A DNA stretch of 64,000 bases from Spirulina sp. (GTDB lineage: Bacteria; Cyanobacteriota; Cyanobacteriia; Phormidesmidales; Phormidesmidaceae), in contig JBIPSI010000011.1 in NCBI GenBank assembly GCA_044070495.1, positions 64,001-128,000 of the forward strand. Direction: 5' to 3'. The notes below the pieces were generated by a model. The model made no database searches, was not told where the DNA came from, and was given only the letters and a program-made list of their open reading frames with translations. Position 1 is the stretch's first letter. Every line of letters starts with the position of its first letter. Shown piece by piece: positions 9,722 to 19,840 of the stretch. The translations under genes were made by a program, and so were the position numbers.

Positions 9722-11758
9722 GTGGAAAAGGGAACATTAGTCGAATTCAAACACCAGGGTCAGCCCCGCCTGGGGGTCGTAGATCGGCCTGAGGGCAAAA
9801 AAAACTGGGTGGTCATTGATGATCGTGGCCAATCCCATACCCTGCACCCTAGAGAGATAGCCTACGAAGTGGTCGGCGAGAGGTATACTCCCGCCGACAT
9901 TTCCGCATTTTTAAACGAGGCCGAGGGCTATATCGATCCCTCTAGTCTAGAAGTGGCCTGGGAATTTTTGACCGAATCCGAGGAGTCCGCCGATCCGGTT
10001 TCCCTGGCGGCGCTGCTGTTTTCCGACCAAAGCCCTCCCCTGTGCTATGCGGCTCATCGCCTGCTGAGCGAAGACAAGATTTATTTCAAGCAAAAGGGCG
10101 ACCGCTACGAACCTCGCCCTGCGGTCCAGGTTAACGAAATCAAGCACCAGATGGAGCGGGAAACCCAGCGCCAGCAGGAATGGGAATCCTTCATGACCAA
10201 GGCGCGTCAGGGTTTGGCGGGGGAGTCTGTGGCCTGGGACAAGACGGATCGGCCCCGGATTGAGATTTTGGAGCGCTTTGCCCTCTTGGGGGAAGAATCG
10301 AGCCAGCGCAACCAAGCCGTAGAATTGCTGAATGCGATGGGCTGTGCCCCAACAGCGGCGGGTGCATTTGATACCCTAGTGGCATGGGGATTGTGGCAGC
10401 CCCACGAGAACCTGGCCCTCCGACGCAGCCAGATCCCCAGCCAATTCTCCGAGGATCTCCTAACTATGGTGCAGCAGCGGCTCCAGTCTCCGCCGCCCGA
10501 TCTCGACGATCCCCAGCGCCTAGACCTGACCCACCTCAAGGTCTACACCGTTGACGATGCCAGCACCCAGGAAATTGACGATGGCCTCAGCCTGGAAACC
10601 CTAGCGGACGGCACCCACCGACTCTGGGTTCACATTGCCGACCCCACCCGCTGGGTGATCCCTGGCGATGAGTTGGATCTCGAAGCCCGTCGCCGCTGCA
10701 CCACGGTCTACCTGCCCACGGGCATCATCCCCATGTTCCCGGCAGAACTGGCCACCGGGCCAATGAGTTTGATCCAGGGGCAAATTTGCTGCGCCCTCAG
10801 CTTTGGTATCGTCCTGGGCGAGGCCGGAGATGTGCAGGACTACACCATTGCCACCAGCCTGATCAAGCCCACCTACCGCCTCACCTACGAGGACGTGGAC
10901 GAACTGCTGGAACTGGGCATTACCGCCGAGCCGGAACTGCACGACCTGGCGCGATGGTCGCAGGTGCGGGGGCAATGGCGCGTTACCCAGGGAGCCATCA
11001 CCATTAACATGCCTGAGTCCGTCATCAAGGTTCAGGCATCTGAGGAGGATATTGTCATTGAGGTACTGGAGGATTCCCCGGCCCGCCAGATGGTGGCCGA
11101 GATGATGATCCTAGCCGGAGAAGTGGCCGCCCGCTACGGCCAAACCCACGAATTGGCGATTCCCTTCCGCAGCCAGATCCAACCCGAACTGCCCTCCGAC
11201 GAAGAACTGATCCAACTGCCCACGGGCTGGGTGCGCGATTCCGCCATTCGCCGCTGCATGACCCGCAGCGAGGTGGGCATCACCCCCAGCCGCCACGCCA
11301 CCTTGGGTTTGGATAGCTACAGCCAGGTCACCTCGCCGATTCGTCGCTACCTGGATTTGCTGGTTCACTTTCAACTCAAGGCCCATCTGCGCGGCGATCC
11401 GCTGCCCTTTTCCTCCCACGAAGTTACGGAACTGGCCCAGGGTGCAAGTTCCGCCGCCTACGAAGCCACCCTAGTAGAGCGCCAAACCAAGCGCTACTGG
11501 GCCTTGGAATACCTGCGCCGTAACCAGAAGCAGGTGTGGGACGTGATGCTGCTACGCTGGCTGCGGGAAGACGATGGCCTGGGGCTGATCATGGTGGAAG
11601 ATCTGGGCCTAGAACTAGCCATGCGCTTCAACCGGGATGTAGCCCTAGGGGAACAGTTCCAGGTGCGGGTCAGCCATGCGAATCCTCGTCAGGACATCAT
11701 CCGTTTCGAGGAAGTGGTGATCGAGGAAGAAGACTCCACCCTGGCTCCGTCGGCCTAG
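9722..11758 (+). CDS. Ribonuclease II/R (RNB domain)
   Basis: TVDDASTQEIDDG, VHIAD, TSPIRRY; usual position after rpsR in cyanobacteria. Confidence 0.93.
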   Translation: MEKGTLVEFKHQGQPRLGVVDRPEGKKNWVVIDDRGQSHTLHPREIAYEVVGERYTPADISAFLNEAEGYIDPSSLEVAWEFLTESEESADPVSLAALLFSDQSPPLCYAAHRLLSEDKIYFKQKGDRYEPRPAVQVNEIKHQMERETQRQQEWESFMTKARQGLAGESVAWDKTDRPRIEILERFALLGEESSQRNQAVELLNAMGCAPTAAGAFDTLVAWGLWQPHENLALRRSQIPSQFSEDLLTMVQQRLQSPPPDLDDPQRLDLTHLKVYTVDDASTQEIDDGLSLETLADGTHRLWVHIADPTRWVIPGDELDLEARRRCTTVYLPTGIIPMFPAELATGPMSLIQGQICCALSFGIVLGEAGDVQDYTIATSLIKPTYRLTYEDVDELLELGITAEPELHDLARWSQVRGQWRVTQGAITINMPESVIKVQASEEDIVIEVLEDSPARQMVAEMMILAGEVAARYGQTHELAIPFRSQIQPELPSDEELIQLPTGWVRDSAIRRCMTRSEVGITPSRHATLGLDSYSQVTSPIRRYLDLLVHFQLKAHLRGDPLPFSSHEVTELAQGASSAAYEATLVERQTKRYWALEYLRRNQKQVWDVMLLRWLREDDGLGLIMVEDLGLELAMRFNRDVALGEQFQVRVSHANPRQDIIRFEEVVIEEEDSTLAPSA

Positions 11759-11779
11759 ATTGCCCATTGCCGAGACCCC

Positions 11780-12838
11780 ATGACCTCCCAGTCTTCCCCT
11801 ACCCCCAGCCCAACCGTGACCCAATTCACGGGCGACCAGATTCAGGGCATCCCGGCGGTAAGCCATCTCGCGGTGGCCGATTTGGCTCCTGGACAAACCC
11901 ATCGCCTATATTTTCGAGGCGTACAGATGGGGACGGGGCAGCCTTGGTATGTGCCCGTGATGGTGGCCAAGGGTGTCCGTCCTGGCCCCTGTGTGGGCTT
12001 AGTGGCAGGGGTCCACGGCGATGAAATGAGTTCCTTCCGGGCAGTTCAGCAGATCATGGCGGCCCTAAATCCGGCGGAAATGGCGGGTTCGGTGCTGGCG
12101 GCCATTGGGGTCTCGCGCCCAGCGGTGGAATACACCCAGTCTTGGTGGCCCACCGCCCAGGGGGGTGGCACCGCCTACGACCCCAACCGTCTGTGGCCAG
12201 GGGATGAAAACGGCGACAACGCCCCCACTCGCCATGCGGGGCTGCTGTGGAATCGCCTGTTTCGCCCCAACCTGGATGTGGCGATGGATTACCACACCGT
12301 CACCACCGGCAGCGACTTTACCCTGTTTCTCTACGCCGACCTGCGCCAGCCAGCGGTGCGTCAGATGGCAGACCTGTTTCCGGTGGATCAGGTGATGGAC
12401 GATCCGGGCCTGGAGGGCACCCTCGAAACCGCCTTGGTGACGGCGGGCATTCCAGCACTGACCGTGGAAATTGGCCCCCCCCGCCGTTTCGATGCCGACA
12501 AAATTGCCCTGGCGGTGGAAGGAAGCCTCAACGTCCTGAAGCACCATGGTTTGGTCGGGGGAGACTTAGGACGCACCGCCGCCGATGTGGGCACCGTCTT
12601 CGGCAATGCTATGGCGTCAATCCGCTCCAACCAGGGGGGATTTTTAGAACTGCTGGTGGATCTGAACGATCCGGTGGAGCCAGGACAACGGGTGGCCCTC
12701 CAGCGCAACGCCTTTGGCGATGTGGTGGCCGACTATCGCAGCCCGGTGGCGGGGGTGGTGGCCATCGTGGCGCGAGATGCCCTCTGTGAACCCGGATCAC
12801 GAGTGATGCAAATCCTGTATCAACGGGATCAACCGTAG
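11780..12838 (+). CDS. Succinylglutamate desuccinylase/aspartoacylase family (M14-like)
   Basis: AGVHGDE, DPNRLWPG, DYHT, TVEIG. Confidence 0.88.
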   Translation: MTSQSSPTPSPTVTQFTGDQIQGIPAVSHLAVADLAPGQTHRLYFRGVQMGTGQPWYVPVMVAKGVRPGPCVGLVAGVHGDEMSSFRAVQQIMAALNPAEMAGSVLAAIGVSRPAVEYTQSWWPTAQGGGTAYDPNRLWPGDENGDNAPTRHAGLLWNRLFRPNLDVAMDYHTVTTGSDFTLFLYADLRQPAVRQMADLFPVDQVMDDPGLEGTLETALVTAGIPALTVEIGPPRRFDADKIALAVEGSLNVLKHHGLVGGDLGRTAADVGTVFGNAMASIRSNQGGFLELLVDLNDPVEPGQRVALQRNAFGDVVADYRSPVAGVVAIVARDALCEPGSRVMQILYQRDQP

Positions 12839-12900
12839 GGGGGAGGTTTCCTCACCCATTCCCACAATCAACCGTAGGGCTAAGGTCTTCTCTCCCGCCC
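12832..12900. repeat. Two GTAG-type REP-like hairpins
   Basis: CCGTAGGGGGGAGGTTTCCTCACCC and CCGTAGGGCTAAGGTCTTCTCTCCCGCCC, similar to CCGTAGGGGCGAGGTCTCCTCG at 27781. Confidence 0.6.
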
Positions 12901-12986
12901 CAGTGGACGACTAGGCCATCAACCTACACCGGAGGGCCACCAACCTGATACCCTACTGGCTATCCCCCTAGTTCACCGTGCAACCC

Positions 12987-13343
12987 ATGGCCGATCAAAA
13001 CAACTTTAATGACTACCTGCCCGAACAAAAGCCGGAGGAATACTCCATCGAGGTGCCAGCGGATCAGTCACCGCTGAACCTGGATCGAGTGCCCTCTGGG
13101 GACGATTTTATGGGCCGCATTGAACAGCGAGGCGTGGCCTACAGTCGTCTTTCCCGTGGGTTAGCGCCTTGGTGGGTGTTGATCGCGGGCTGGGTGGTAT
13201 TTGGCGGATTGGCCCTAGGGCTGCTGAAAATGGGCTTAGCTGGATCAATTGTGTCCTGGGTGCTGCTGGTGTTTGTGCTCTTGCCCCTGGTGATTTTGGG
13301 GCAGGGTACTCTGGCTAAGCTGTCACCCCGCTCCCGATCCTAG
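12987..13343 (+). CDS. Hypothetical membrane protein
   Basis: Two C-terminal TM helices; DFMGRIEQRG..PWWVLIAGW. Confidence 0.65.
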   Translation: MADQNNFNDYLPEQKPEEYSIEVPADQSPLNLDRVPSGDDFMGRIEQRGVAYSRLSRGLAPWWVLIAGWVVFGGLALGLLKMGLAGSIVSWVLLVFVLLPLVILGQGTLAKLSPRSRS

Positions 13344-13449
13344 GGTGGCCCTGCACTGACGGCAACGCCCTACATATCATTACAATGCCGTGAAACCATG
13401 GCTACTTGCTAGATACTATTCAAGTCTGTCACTACCAAAGGACGTCACC

Positions 13450-14034
13450 ATGACTACGAATTTGTTGCCACCAATAGAGGTCAAAAAAGCTACGAACTGG
13501 ATCATTGCCCTCAGCATTTTGCTGATTCTTTTGGGGGCATTGGCTATTTTTTCGCCCATGTTTGCTTCGGCCTTCTTCACGGTCATGATCGGCTGGATTG
13601 CCTTGATTAGTGGCATCATCATGATCGTTCAGTCCTTCCGTTCCCATCCCGTACGCGGATTTTGGCTGACGCTCATTGTAGGAATTTTCTATGGTTTGGC
13701 GGGCCTGTTTATTATTTTCAACATCCTTAAAGCTGCCGCCCTGCTTACCCTTAGTTTTGGCATTTTGTTTATTGCCGAGGGAATTATTACGATTATCATG
13801 GCTTTCACCAACCGGGTGGGGCAATCCATGTCTTGGTTGGTGGTGCTCAATGGGATCATCACGCTGATTCTGGGCATTCTGGTGATCAACGGCTGGCCCG
13901 GCACCACCATTTGGTTCATTGGCCTCTACGTGGGGATTAGCATCCTGTTCAGTGGCATTTCGCTGTTGGCCGCTGCCCTCGTCGCTCGCAAAACGATCAC
14001 CACCGTGATCGATGGCGATGGGCCTACGGTTTAG
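13450..14034 (+). CDS. HdeD/DUF308 family membrane protein
   Basis: Six TM helices; W..GLYVGISILFSG repeat motif. Confidence 0.88.
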   Translation: MTTNLLPPIEVKKATNWIIALSILLILLGALAIFSPMFASAFFTVMIGWIALISGIIMIVQSFRSHPVRGFWLTLIVGIFYGLAGLFIIFNILKAAALLTLSFGILFIAEGIITIIMAFTNRVGQSMSWLVVLNGIITLILGILVINGWPGTTIWFIGLYVGISILFSGISLLAAALVARKTITTVIDGDGPTV

Positions 14035-14163
14035 CCCTAGGTAAACCTGAGCAAGGATCAGGAGACCTGCCCCCTACATTGTCCAAATGCGGAACCCAAA
14101 ACCCGCCAAAGGTTTTAGGTTTCCTTCCTAGGAGATGGTCTGGGGGTGAGGGCAAAGGGCCGA

Positions 14164-15192
14164 TTAAAGGGCGACCTGGCTAAGCTCCGGCGGCAGTTCC
14201 TCGCCTTTGTAGGGGCGGGTGGGGGCCGGAAATCCGCAGGAGGTGCCATCGGTGTGAATCACCTCGTCTTCCCAGGGCAGGCGATAGCTGCCGTCTACCA
14301 TGTCCTTCATGTAGGTGTAGGGGCAGTCTTGGGCACCACCTTGCACCGCCACATAGCCCCGATGGCCAAACTGGTAGATGTTGTTCTCCACACCCCAGTG
14401 GATGCGGGCCTCGCGGACGAGGTCGGGCCGCACTTCGGCGGTGATGATTTCGTCGGGGCGGTGGCTGCCCATCACCATCGGCACGCCGTCAAAGTTGACG
14501 ATCATGCCTTCGCCCATGGAATCAAAGCTGCCGTCGCTGCCGCACATGCACACCGAGGCCGTCACTATCAGGTTACAGAAGGCGTTGGCCTGGTTGGTAA
14601 TCTGCCAGGAGTGGCGAATCGGGGCGGTGTAGCCTGCGGTGCGGATCATGATTTCCGCCCCTTTGTAGGCGCATTCTCGCGCCATTTCGGGGAACATGCC
14701 GTCGTGGCAGATAATTAGCGCAATTTTGCTGCCGTTTGGCCCATCGCAGACGGGAATACCCAAATTCCCTGGTTCCCATGGTTCCACGGGCACCCAGGGA
14801 TGTAGCTTGCGGTAGTAGAGCTTGAGTTCTCCGGTGTTGTCGATGATGATGCCGCTGTTGTAGGGGTTGCCGTCGGGGTTGTACTCCATAATCGAGAAGC
14901 AGCCCCAGATATCGTTGTCGATGCAGGCCTGCCGAAAAGCCGACACCTCCGGGCCATCGAGCCGACACATGATCGCTGGGTTGGTGTCCATCGATAGCCC
15001 GTGTAGGGAATATTCGGGAAACACCACCAAATCCATGGAGGGCATGTTGCGACGGGCTTTGCCGACCATCTCGCAAATGCGCTGGGTTTGGGCGGATAGA
15101 TCATCGGGGCTGACCACCGTGGGCAACTGCAACTGCACCATCCCCAGCACCACCCCATTGGGAGATTTGTTGAGACCACCCAGTCCGCTCAT
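14164..15192 (-). CDS. amiF: Formamidase (nitrilase family, AmiF type)
   Basis: MSGLGGLNKS start, VFPEYSLHG, YRKLHPW, ICHDGMFPE. Confidence 0.9.
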   Translation of the reverse strand: MSGLGGLNKSPNGVVLGMVQLQLPTVVSPDDLSAQTQRICEMVGKARRNMPSMDLVVFPEYSLHGLSMDTNPAIMCRLDGPEVSAFRQACIDNDIWGCFSIMEYNPDGNPYNSGIIIDNTGELKLYYRKLHPWVPVEPWEPGNLGIPVCDGPNGSKIALIICHDGMFPEMARECAYKGAEIMIRTAGYTAPIRHSWQITNQANAFCNLIVTASVCMCGSDGSFDSMGEGMIVNFDGVPMVMGSHRPDEIITAEVRPDLVREARIHWGVENNIYQFGHRGYVAVQGGAQDCPYTYMKDMVDGSYRLPWEDEVIHTDGTSCGFPAPTRPYKGEELPPELSQVAL

Positions 15193-15220
15193 AGGAGATT
15201 TTCCTCCAAACAACAGTCCT

Positions 15221-15262
15221 ATCCTGCCTTGGTGGGGATCGCGCAACTGTATTCCATGATGC
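15221..15262 (-). promoter_or_regulatory. Putative NtcA-activated promoter of formamidase
   Basis: Minus strand GCA-N8-TAC (15262-15249), then 22 nt, then CAGGAT (-10-like). Confidence 0.5.
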
Positions 15263-15487
15263 AGCTGGGCTTGATACCAATCGTCCATGCTGCTGACGCT
15301 GCACCCTCAACGATGAAAATCTTGAAAATCTATTTTTGGAGCAAATCCTACTTGGCTCCTCCCGCTTCCTCAGCGGTGCATTGCGGCTCATCAAGGTGAT
15401 CAGGAGGTAGACGGGTAGGGGATAGAGCCACAAATGCACCCTACGAGTCTGTCGTTTGGCAATCAGGGTTATAGGATGCGGATGCGT

Positions 15488-16081
15488 TTATGAGGCGCGG
15501 ATCTGGGCGCGGCGTTCCATTTCCTGGCGAATGGCTTGGATGGTTTCGACCAAGCTGGTCTCAAACAGGGTGTAGAACATGGTTTTGAACGGCCCCACGT
15601 CGGCTTCGGCGTGAACCTGCTGGGAGACCAATAGCAGGGGCGTGACACTGCTAGGGGGAGTGGATTGGTCTAAGCGCCAGTGGCCATACATATGCTGGAG
15701 GTTACCCTGAAGCAGGCGAAAGCTGATCTGCTGCTGGTCAATCTCTAGGTTTTCCGTGCGGACGACGGATTCAATGGTGGACAGCAAAATGCGCCGCCGA
15801 TCCACTTGCTCCACAATGGTGCGGGGGCCGTCCACTTCGATCACGCGGCTCTTGGCCACCGTGGGCAAAAATCGGGCAAAGTTGCCGTAGTCCGTCAACA
15901 CCGCCCAGGCGGTATCGCCATCCACGGTGGTAGCCGCCATCACCTCATATTGCCCCTGCCTGCCCCACAGCAACACCTCCCGTCGGGCTAGTTTGGCCCA
16001 ATCGGCGGGGGATAGCCGAGCCAGGTAGGTTTCGGCAGGTAGCACCTGGCGAGATAATCGCGACATAATGCAGAAGCTCAC
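15488..16081 (-). CDS. SRPBCC/polyketide cyclase family protein
   Basis: AWAVLTDYGNFARFLP, ISFRLLQGNL..GHWRL. Confidence 0.85.
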   Translation of the reverse strand: MSFCIMSRLSRQVLPAETYLARLSPADWAKLARREVLLWGRQGQYEVMAATTVDGDTAWAVLTDYGNFARFLPTVAKSRVIEVDGPRTIVEQVDRRRILLSTIESVVRTENLEIDQQQISFRLLQGNLQHMYGHWRLDQSTPPSSVTPLLLVSQQVHAEADVGPFKTMFYTLFETSLVETIQAIRQEMERRAQIRAS

Positions 16082-16107
16082 TGTAAATTTCCGTAGCCAA
16101 AGGTTCC

Positions 16108-16602
16108 ATGTCTCGTTTTGAAACCGCCCTCGCCGCCTACCAAGCGCTTCCTAAACAGGTCAAAAGCCTGATGCTGAGTACCGTCAACGCCGACGGGACG
16201 CCCAACGCCAGCTATGCCCCCTTTGTGATGGACGATACCTATCAGATATACCTACTGACCAGTGGCCTTTCTGCCCATACCCCAAATCTCTTAAGAACTG
16301 GGCGGGCCAGTGTCCTCATTATTGAAGACGAAGGCCAGACTCAGCAAGTTTTTGCCCGTCAGCGGCTCACCTACGACTGCCAGGTTAGCCCCATCGCCCG
16401 CCACAGCGACCCCTGGGAAACCCAGATGGCCCAGTTTGAGGCCCGCTTTGGCGACATCATCGCCATGCTGCGCCAGCTAGAAGACTTCCAACTGTTTAGC
16501 CTCACCCCCCAGGCCGGACGATTTGTGATGGGCTTTGGAGCCGCCTACGAAGTAGATCCCGCCAACCTCAGTCAACTTCAGGTTGGCCCCATTACGGGGT
16601 AA
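16108..16602 (+). CDS. HugZ/HutZ-like pyridoxamine 5'-phosphate oxidase family protein
   Basis: PNASYAPF, SGLSAHT.NL, FARQRL, GRFVMGFGAAY. Confidence 0.88.
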   Translation: MSRFETALAAYQALPKQVKSLMLSTVNADGTPNASYAPFVMDDTYQIYLLTSGLSAHTPNLLRTGRASVLIIEDEGQTQQVFARQRLTYDCQVSPIARHSDPWETQMAQFEARFGDIIAMLRQLEDFQLFSLTPQAGRFVMGFGAAYEVDPANLSQLQVGPITG

Positions 16603-16710
16603 TTCATCTCCTGTGCTCGAGCCTTGAAGGCGTATGCCCCCACGGTAACCGATGATGCTAAGGCCAGCACAGGGGGAAGAACCGCACCATGCCCGCCTAT
16701 CCACAGGAGC

Positions 16711-18120
16711 TTAGACGGGCAACTCGGCCCCCGCCGCCACCGCAATCTGAATATCTCCAGGCAAGTTAGCGACGCCGTGGTGGCGCAAAATACTGACATC
16801 TCCTTGCCGTGCATAGCCCACCGAAAACGTCCCGGCTTGGTTGAGATAGCACAGCCAGCGAATTTTTGCCGCCATTTCCTCGTGGGAAATCATTTCGCGC
16901 TGTTGCCACCAGGTCTTGGCAATGGCGGATAGCCCTAGTTCAAAGGTATATTCACCGGGCAAAATATCGAGAACAACCCGATGGTAGCAGATCACTTTGC
17001 TGTTGGCCCCTAGGGATTGGGGTACGTCATTATCAAGCTGCCAGCTATTTCTGCCGTGCACTGTAATGCCGTGATCGTTTTTGATCATGATACCGCAGAT
17101 GGGAATATCAATATCCTCAAAGACCTCGAATTCGTAGTAGAAAATGGCCTCGTCTCCCTGCAGAAAGCTATGGCAAGGCTGATGGTTAGCATCACATATC
17201 ATCAATTTTGTACAAACCGCTTTGCCCTCGCCCACTTGAATGTTGCGGCTTACATCGATCATCTCCTTTGGATCGGGTAGCGGAAATTCGGCAGAGCCAA
17301 AAACAACCGTTTCGTCGGTCTTGTCATTGGAGGAGAAGGGGCGAAATGATAGTTCACCAGGCCTGACAAGATAGTCTTGGGTGGAAGATCGATGGAGTAA
17401 ATAGTAGCGTTTGACGGCTTCAATGGAATTTCCAATGAATTCCTGATGACCTTGATTTAGGATGAGGGCACGGCTGCAATACTGCTCAATATCGCCCATA
17501 GAGTGGGTGACCAGCAGGATTGAGGTTCCTTTTTTCCGTAGATCGTCTAGGCGCTCGTAGCACTTTTGCCGAAAGAAAATATCGCCCACAGCCAGGGCTT
17601 CGTCAATGATGAGAACATCGGCATCAATGTGGGCCTGCACCGCAAAGGCTAGCCTCACAAACATGCCGCTAGAGTAAGACTTGACCGGCTGATTGATGTA
17701 TTCACCAATGTCGGCAAAATCCACAATATCGACATATCTGGCCTCAATTTCTTCCCGCGACAGCCCCAGAATTCGCCCATTCAGAAAAATGTTCTCGCGA
17801 CCCGTAAAGTCCATATTGAAGCCGCTGCCGAGTTCTAGAAGAGCGGCAACTCGGCCCTGAATTGTGACCTGGCCAGCGGTAGATGCTAGGGTGCCCGCTA
17901 AAATTTGGAGCAGCGTACTTTTTCCACTGCCGTTGCGGCCAATGATGCCAAAGGTTTCCCCGGCATTGACTTCAAAGGAAATGTCGTGGAGCGCCCAAAA
18001 TTCTTGGAAGAATTGCTTCTTTCCCCGCCACATCATTTGCAGTAGGCGATCTTGGGGTTTGGGATATACCTGGTAGCACTTGCTTAGATTTTGAACAACA
18101 ACGGTCGCTTCAGCGGTCAT
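16711..18120 (-). CDS. wzt: Polysaccharide ABC transporter ATP-binding protein (Wzt type with C-terminal carbohydrate-binding domain)
   Basis: GRNGSGKST, YSSGMFVRLAF, IDEALAVGD plus ~200-aa C-terminal extension. Confidence 0.88.
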   Translation of the reverse strand: MTAEATVVVQNLSKCYQVYPKPQDRLLQMMWRGKKQFFQEFWALHDISFEVNAGETFGIIGRNGSGKSTLLQILAGTLASTAGQVTIQGRVAALLELGSGFNMDFTGRENIFLNGRILGLSREEIEARYVDIVDFADIGEYINQPVKSYSSGMFVRLAFAVQAHIDADVLIIDEALAVGDIFFRQKCYERLDDLRKKGTSILLVTHSMGDIEQYCSRALILNQGHQEFIGNSIEAVKRYYLLHRSSTQDYLVRPGELSFRPFSSNDKTDETVVFGSAEFPLPDPKEMIDVSRNIQVGEGKAVCTKLMICDANHQPCHSFLQGDEAIFYYEFEVFEDIDIPICGIMIKNDHGITVHGRNSWQLDNDVPQSLGANSKVICYHRVVLDILPGEYTFELGLSAIAKTWWQQREMISHEEMAAKIRWLCYLNQAGTFSVGYARQGDVSILRHHGVANLPGDIQIAVAAGAELPV

Positions 18121-18424
18121 GACAACTCCTCACAAACTGGGGATATCCCCAGGACGATCACCTTTGGTAAGTGCTATCCGTAGCCCAAGCGGGGGTCTGG
18201 TTGGCATGGCTATTGGGAACCCTCTACCGCGTTAGGCCTGTTTGGGAACAGGCTACCAGATAAAATATCGCAAGGGTCTCCCCTGCCCGAGGCTTTTATC
18301 TAAAAGGCGGCGATACGTTGTGATGCTGGGGATTGAGACGGAGAAGGGCAGTGGTAGGATAAGCAAGTCCATTTGGGCAGGCCCGTGAAGAATTGCGTTG
18401 TTTGGTTGAGGCTGGGTTAACTCC

Positions 18425-19588
18425 TTGACTGCTGGATTTTCCTACCGCTGCGAGGCTCGTTGTAGCCACACCCAGGCCAGGGCTGGGACGTTTCAGACCC
18501 CCCATGGCCCCGTGCAAACCCCTCGGTTTATGCCCGTGGGCACCTTGGCCAACGTCAAAACCGTGACCCCCGACCAACTCGCTACGACGGGGGCACAGAT
18601 GGTGTTGTCTAACACCTACCACCTGCACCTACAGCCAGGGGAGGACATTGTGGCGGAGGCGGGCGGGCTGCACCGCTTCATGGGCTGGAGCGGCCCCATG
18701 CTGACGGACTCTGGCGGCTTCCAGGTGTTTAGCCTCAGCCAAATTCGCACCATCACCGAGGAGGGGGTGACCTTCAAATCGCCCAAGGATGGCCGCACCA
18801 TTCACCTGCGCCCCGAAACCTCCATCGAAATTCAAAATACCCTGGGGGCCGATGTGATCATGGCCTTTGATGAATGCCCTCCCTACCCATGCAGCCGCGA
18901 GGCGGTGCAGGCTTCGACGGAACGCACAGGGCGCTGGCTAAAACGCTGTATCGCCGCCCACCAGCGGCCCGATCAGGCGCTGTTTGGCATTGTGCAGGGC
19001 GGAGTGTATCCCGATTTACGGCGGCGGGCGGCCCAGGAATTGGCGGAATTCGACCTGCCGGGCTACGCCATCGGCGGCGTCAGCGTGGGGGAACCGCCGG
19101 AACTGATCGAGACCATCGTCCAAGCCACAGCCCCCTGCCTGCCGGAGAACAAACCCCGCTACCTAATGGGGGTGGGCACCTACCGAGAAATGGCCCAGGC
19201 CATCGCTGCCGGGGTCGATTTGTTTGACTGCGTGATTCCGACGCGGCTGGCGCGCCATGGGGCAGCCCTAGTGGGCGGAGAACGCTGGAACCTGAAAAAC
19301 CAACGCTTCCGCCGCGACTACACCCCCCTCGATAGCACCTGTTCCTGCTACACCTGCCAGAATTTTACCCGCGCCTACCTCTGCCATTTAATCCACGCCA
19401 AGGAAATGCTGGCCTTCACCCTCATTTCCATTCACAACATTACAGAGCTGGTACGGTTTACCCAGCACATTCGGGAGGCGATTCTGGCAGACCGCTTTGT
19501 GGAGCAGTTTTCCCCCTGGTTAGCGGCCCAGCCCCCGGGAAGCCATAGCCGGGATGCCCTTCCCGATCCGCTCCCCGATGGAACATAA
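18425..19588 (+). CDS. tgt: tRNA-guanine transglycosylase
   Basis: [29 protein letters not shown], Zn motif C.C..C...H. Confidence 0.98.
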   Translation: MTAGFSYRCEARCSHTQARAGTFQTPHGPVQTPRFMPVGTLANVKTVTPDQLATTGAQMVLSNTYHLHLQPGEDIVAEAGGLHRFMGWSGPMLTDSGGFQVFSLSQIRTITEEGVTFKSPKDGRTIHLRPETSIEIQNTLGADVIMAFDECPPYPCSREAVQASTERTGRWLKRCIAAHQRPDQALFGIVQGGVYPDLRRRAAQELAEFDLPGYAIGGVSVGEPPELIETIVQATAPCLPENKPRYLMGVGTYREMAQAIAAGVDLFDCVIPTRLARHGAALVGGERWNLKNQRFRRDYTPLDSTCSCYTCQNFTRAYLCHLIHAKEMLAFTLISIHNITELVRFTQHIREAILADRFVEQFSPWLAAQPPGSHSRDALPDPLPDGT

Positions 19589-19840
19589 AGCCCTGGATTA
19601 GGCCTAGCCGCCTCCAGAACATGGAGGATGGGGCATGGGTCGCTAGGTTTTCCTGGGCCAAATCTCCCACCGTGAGCAGAATGGCTGCCTTCGGTCTGGA
19701 AAGATTGACAAGGGAGTAATCTTGCCTAGCCCGTCTAACGATCTCCCCCGCCCCCTAACCATGGGGAGAATCGGTCTCCAAGCCCCCCCTGTTCCTGATA
19801 CGGTTCCCTTGGCCATAGACTCGACACAGATGCCCAGAGG

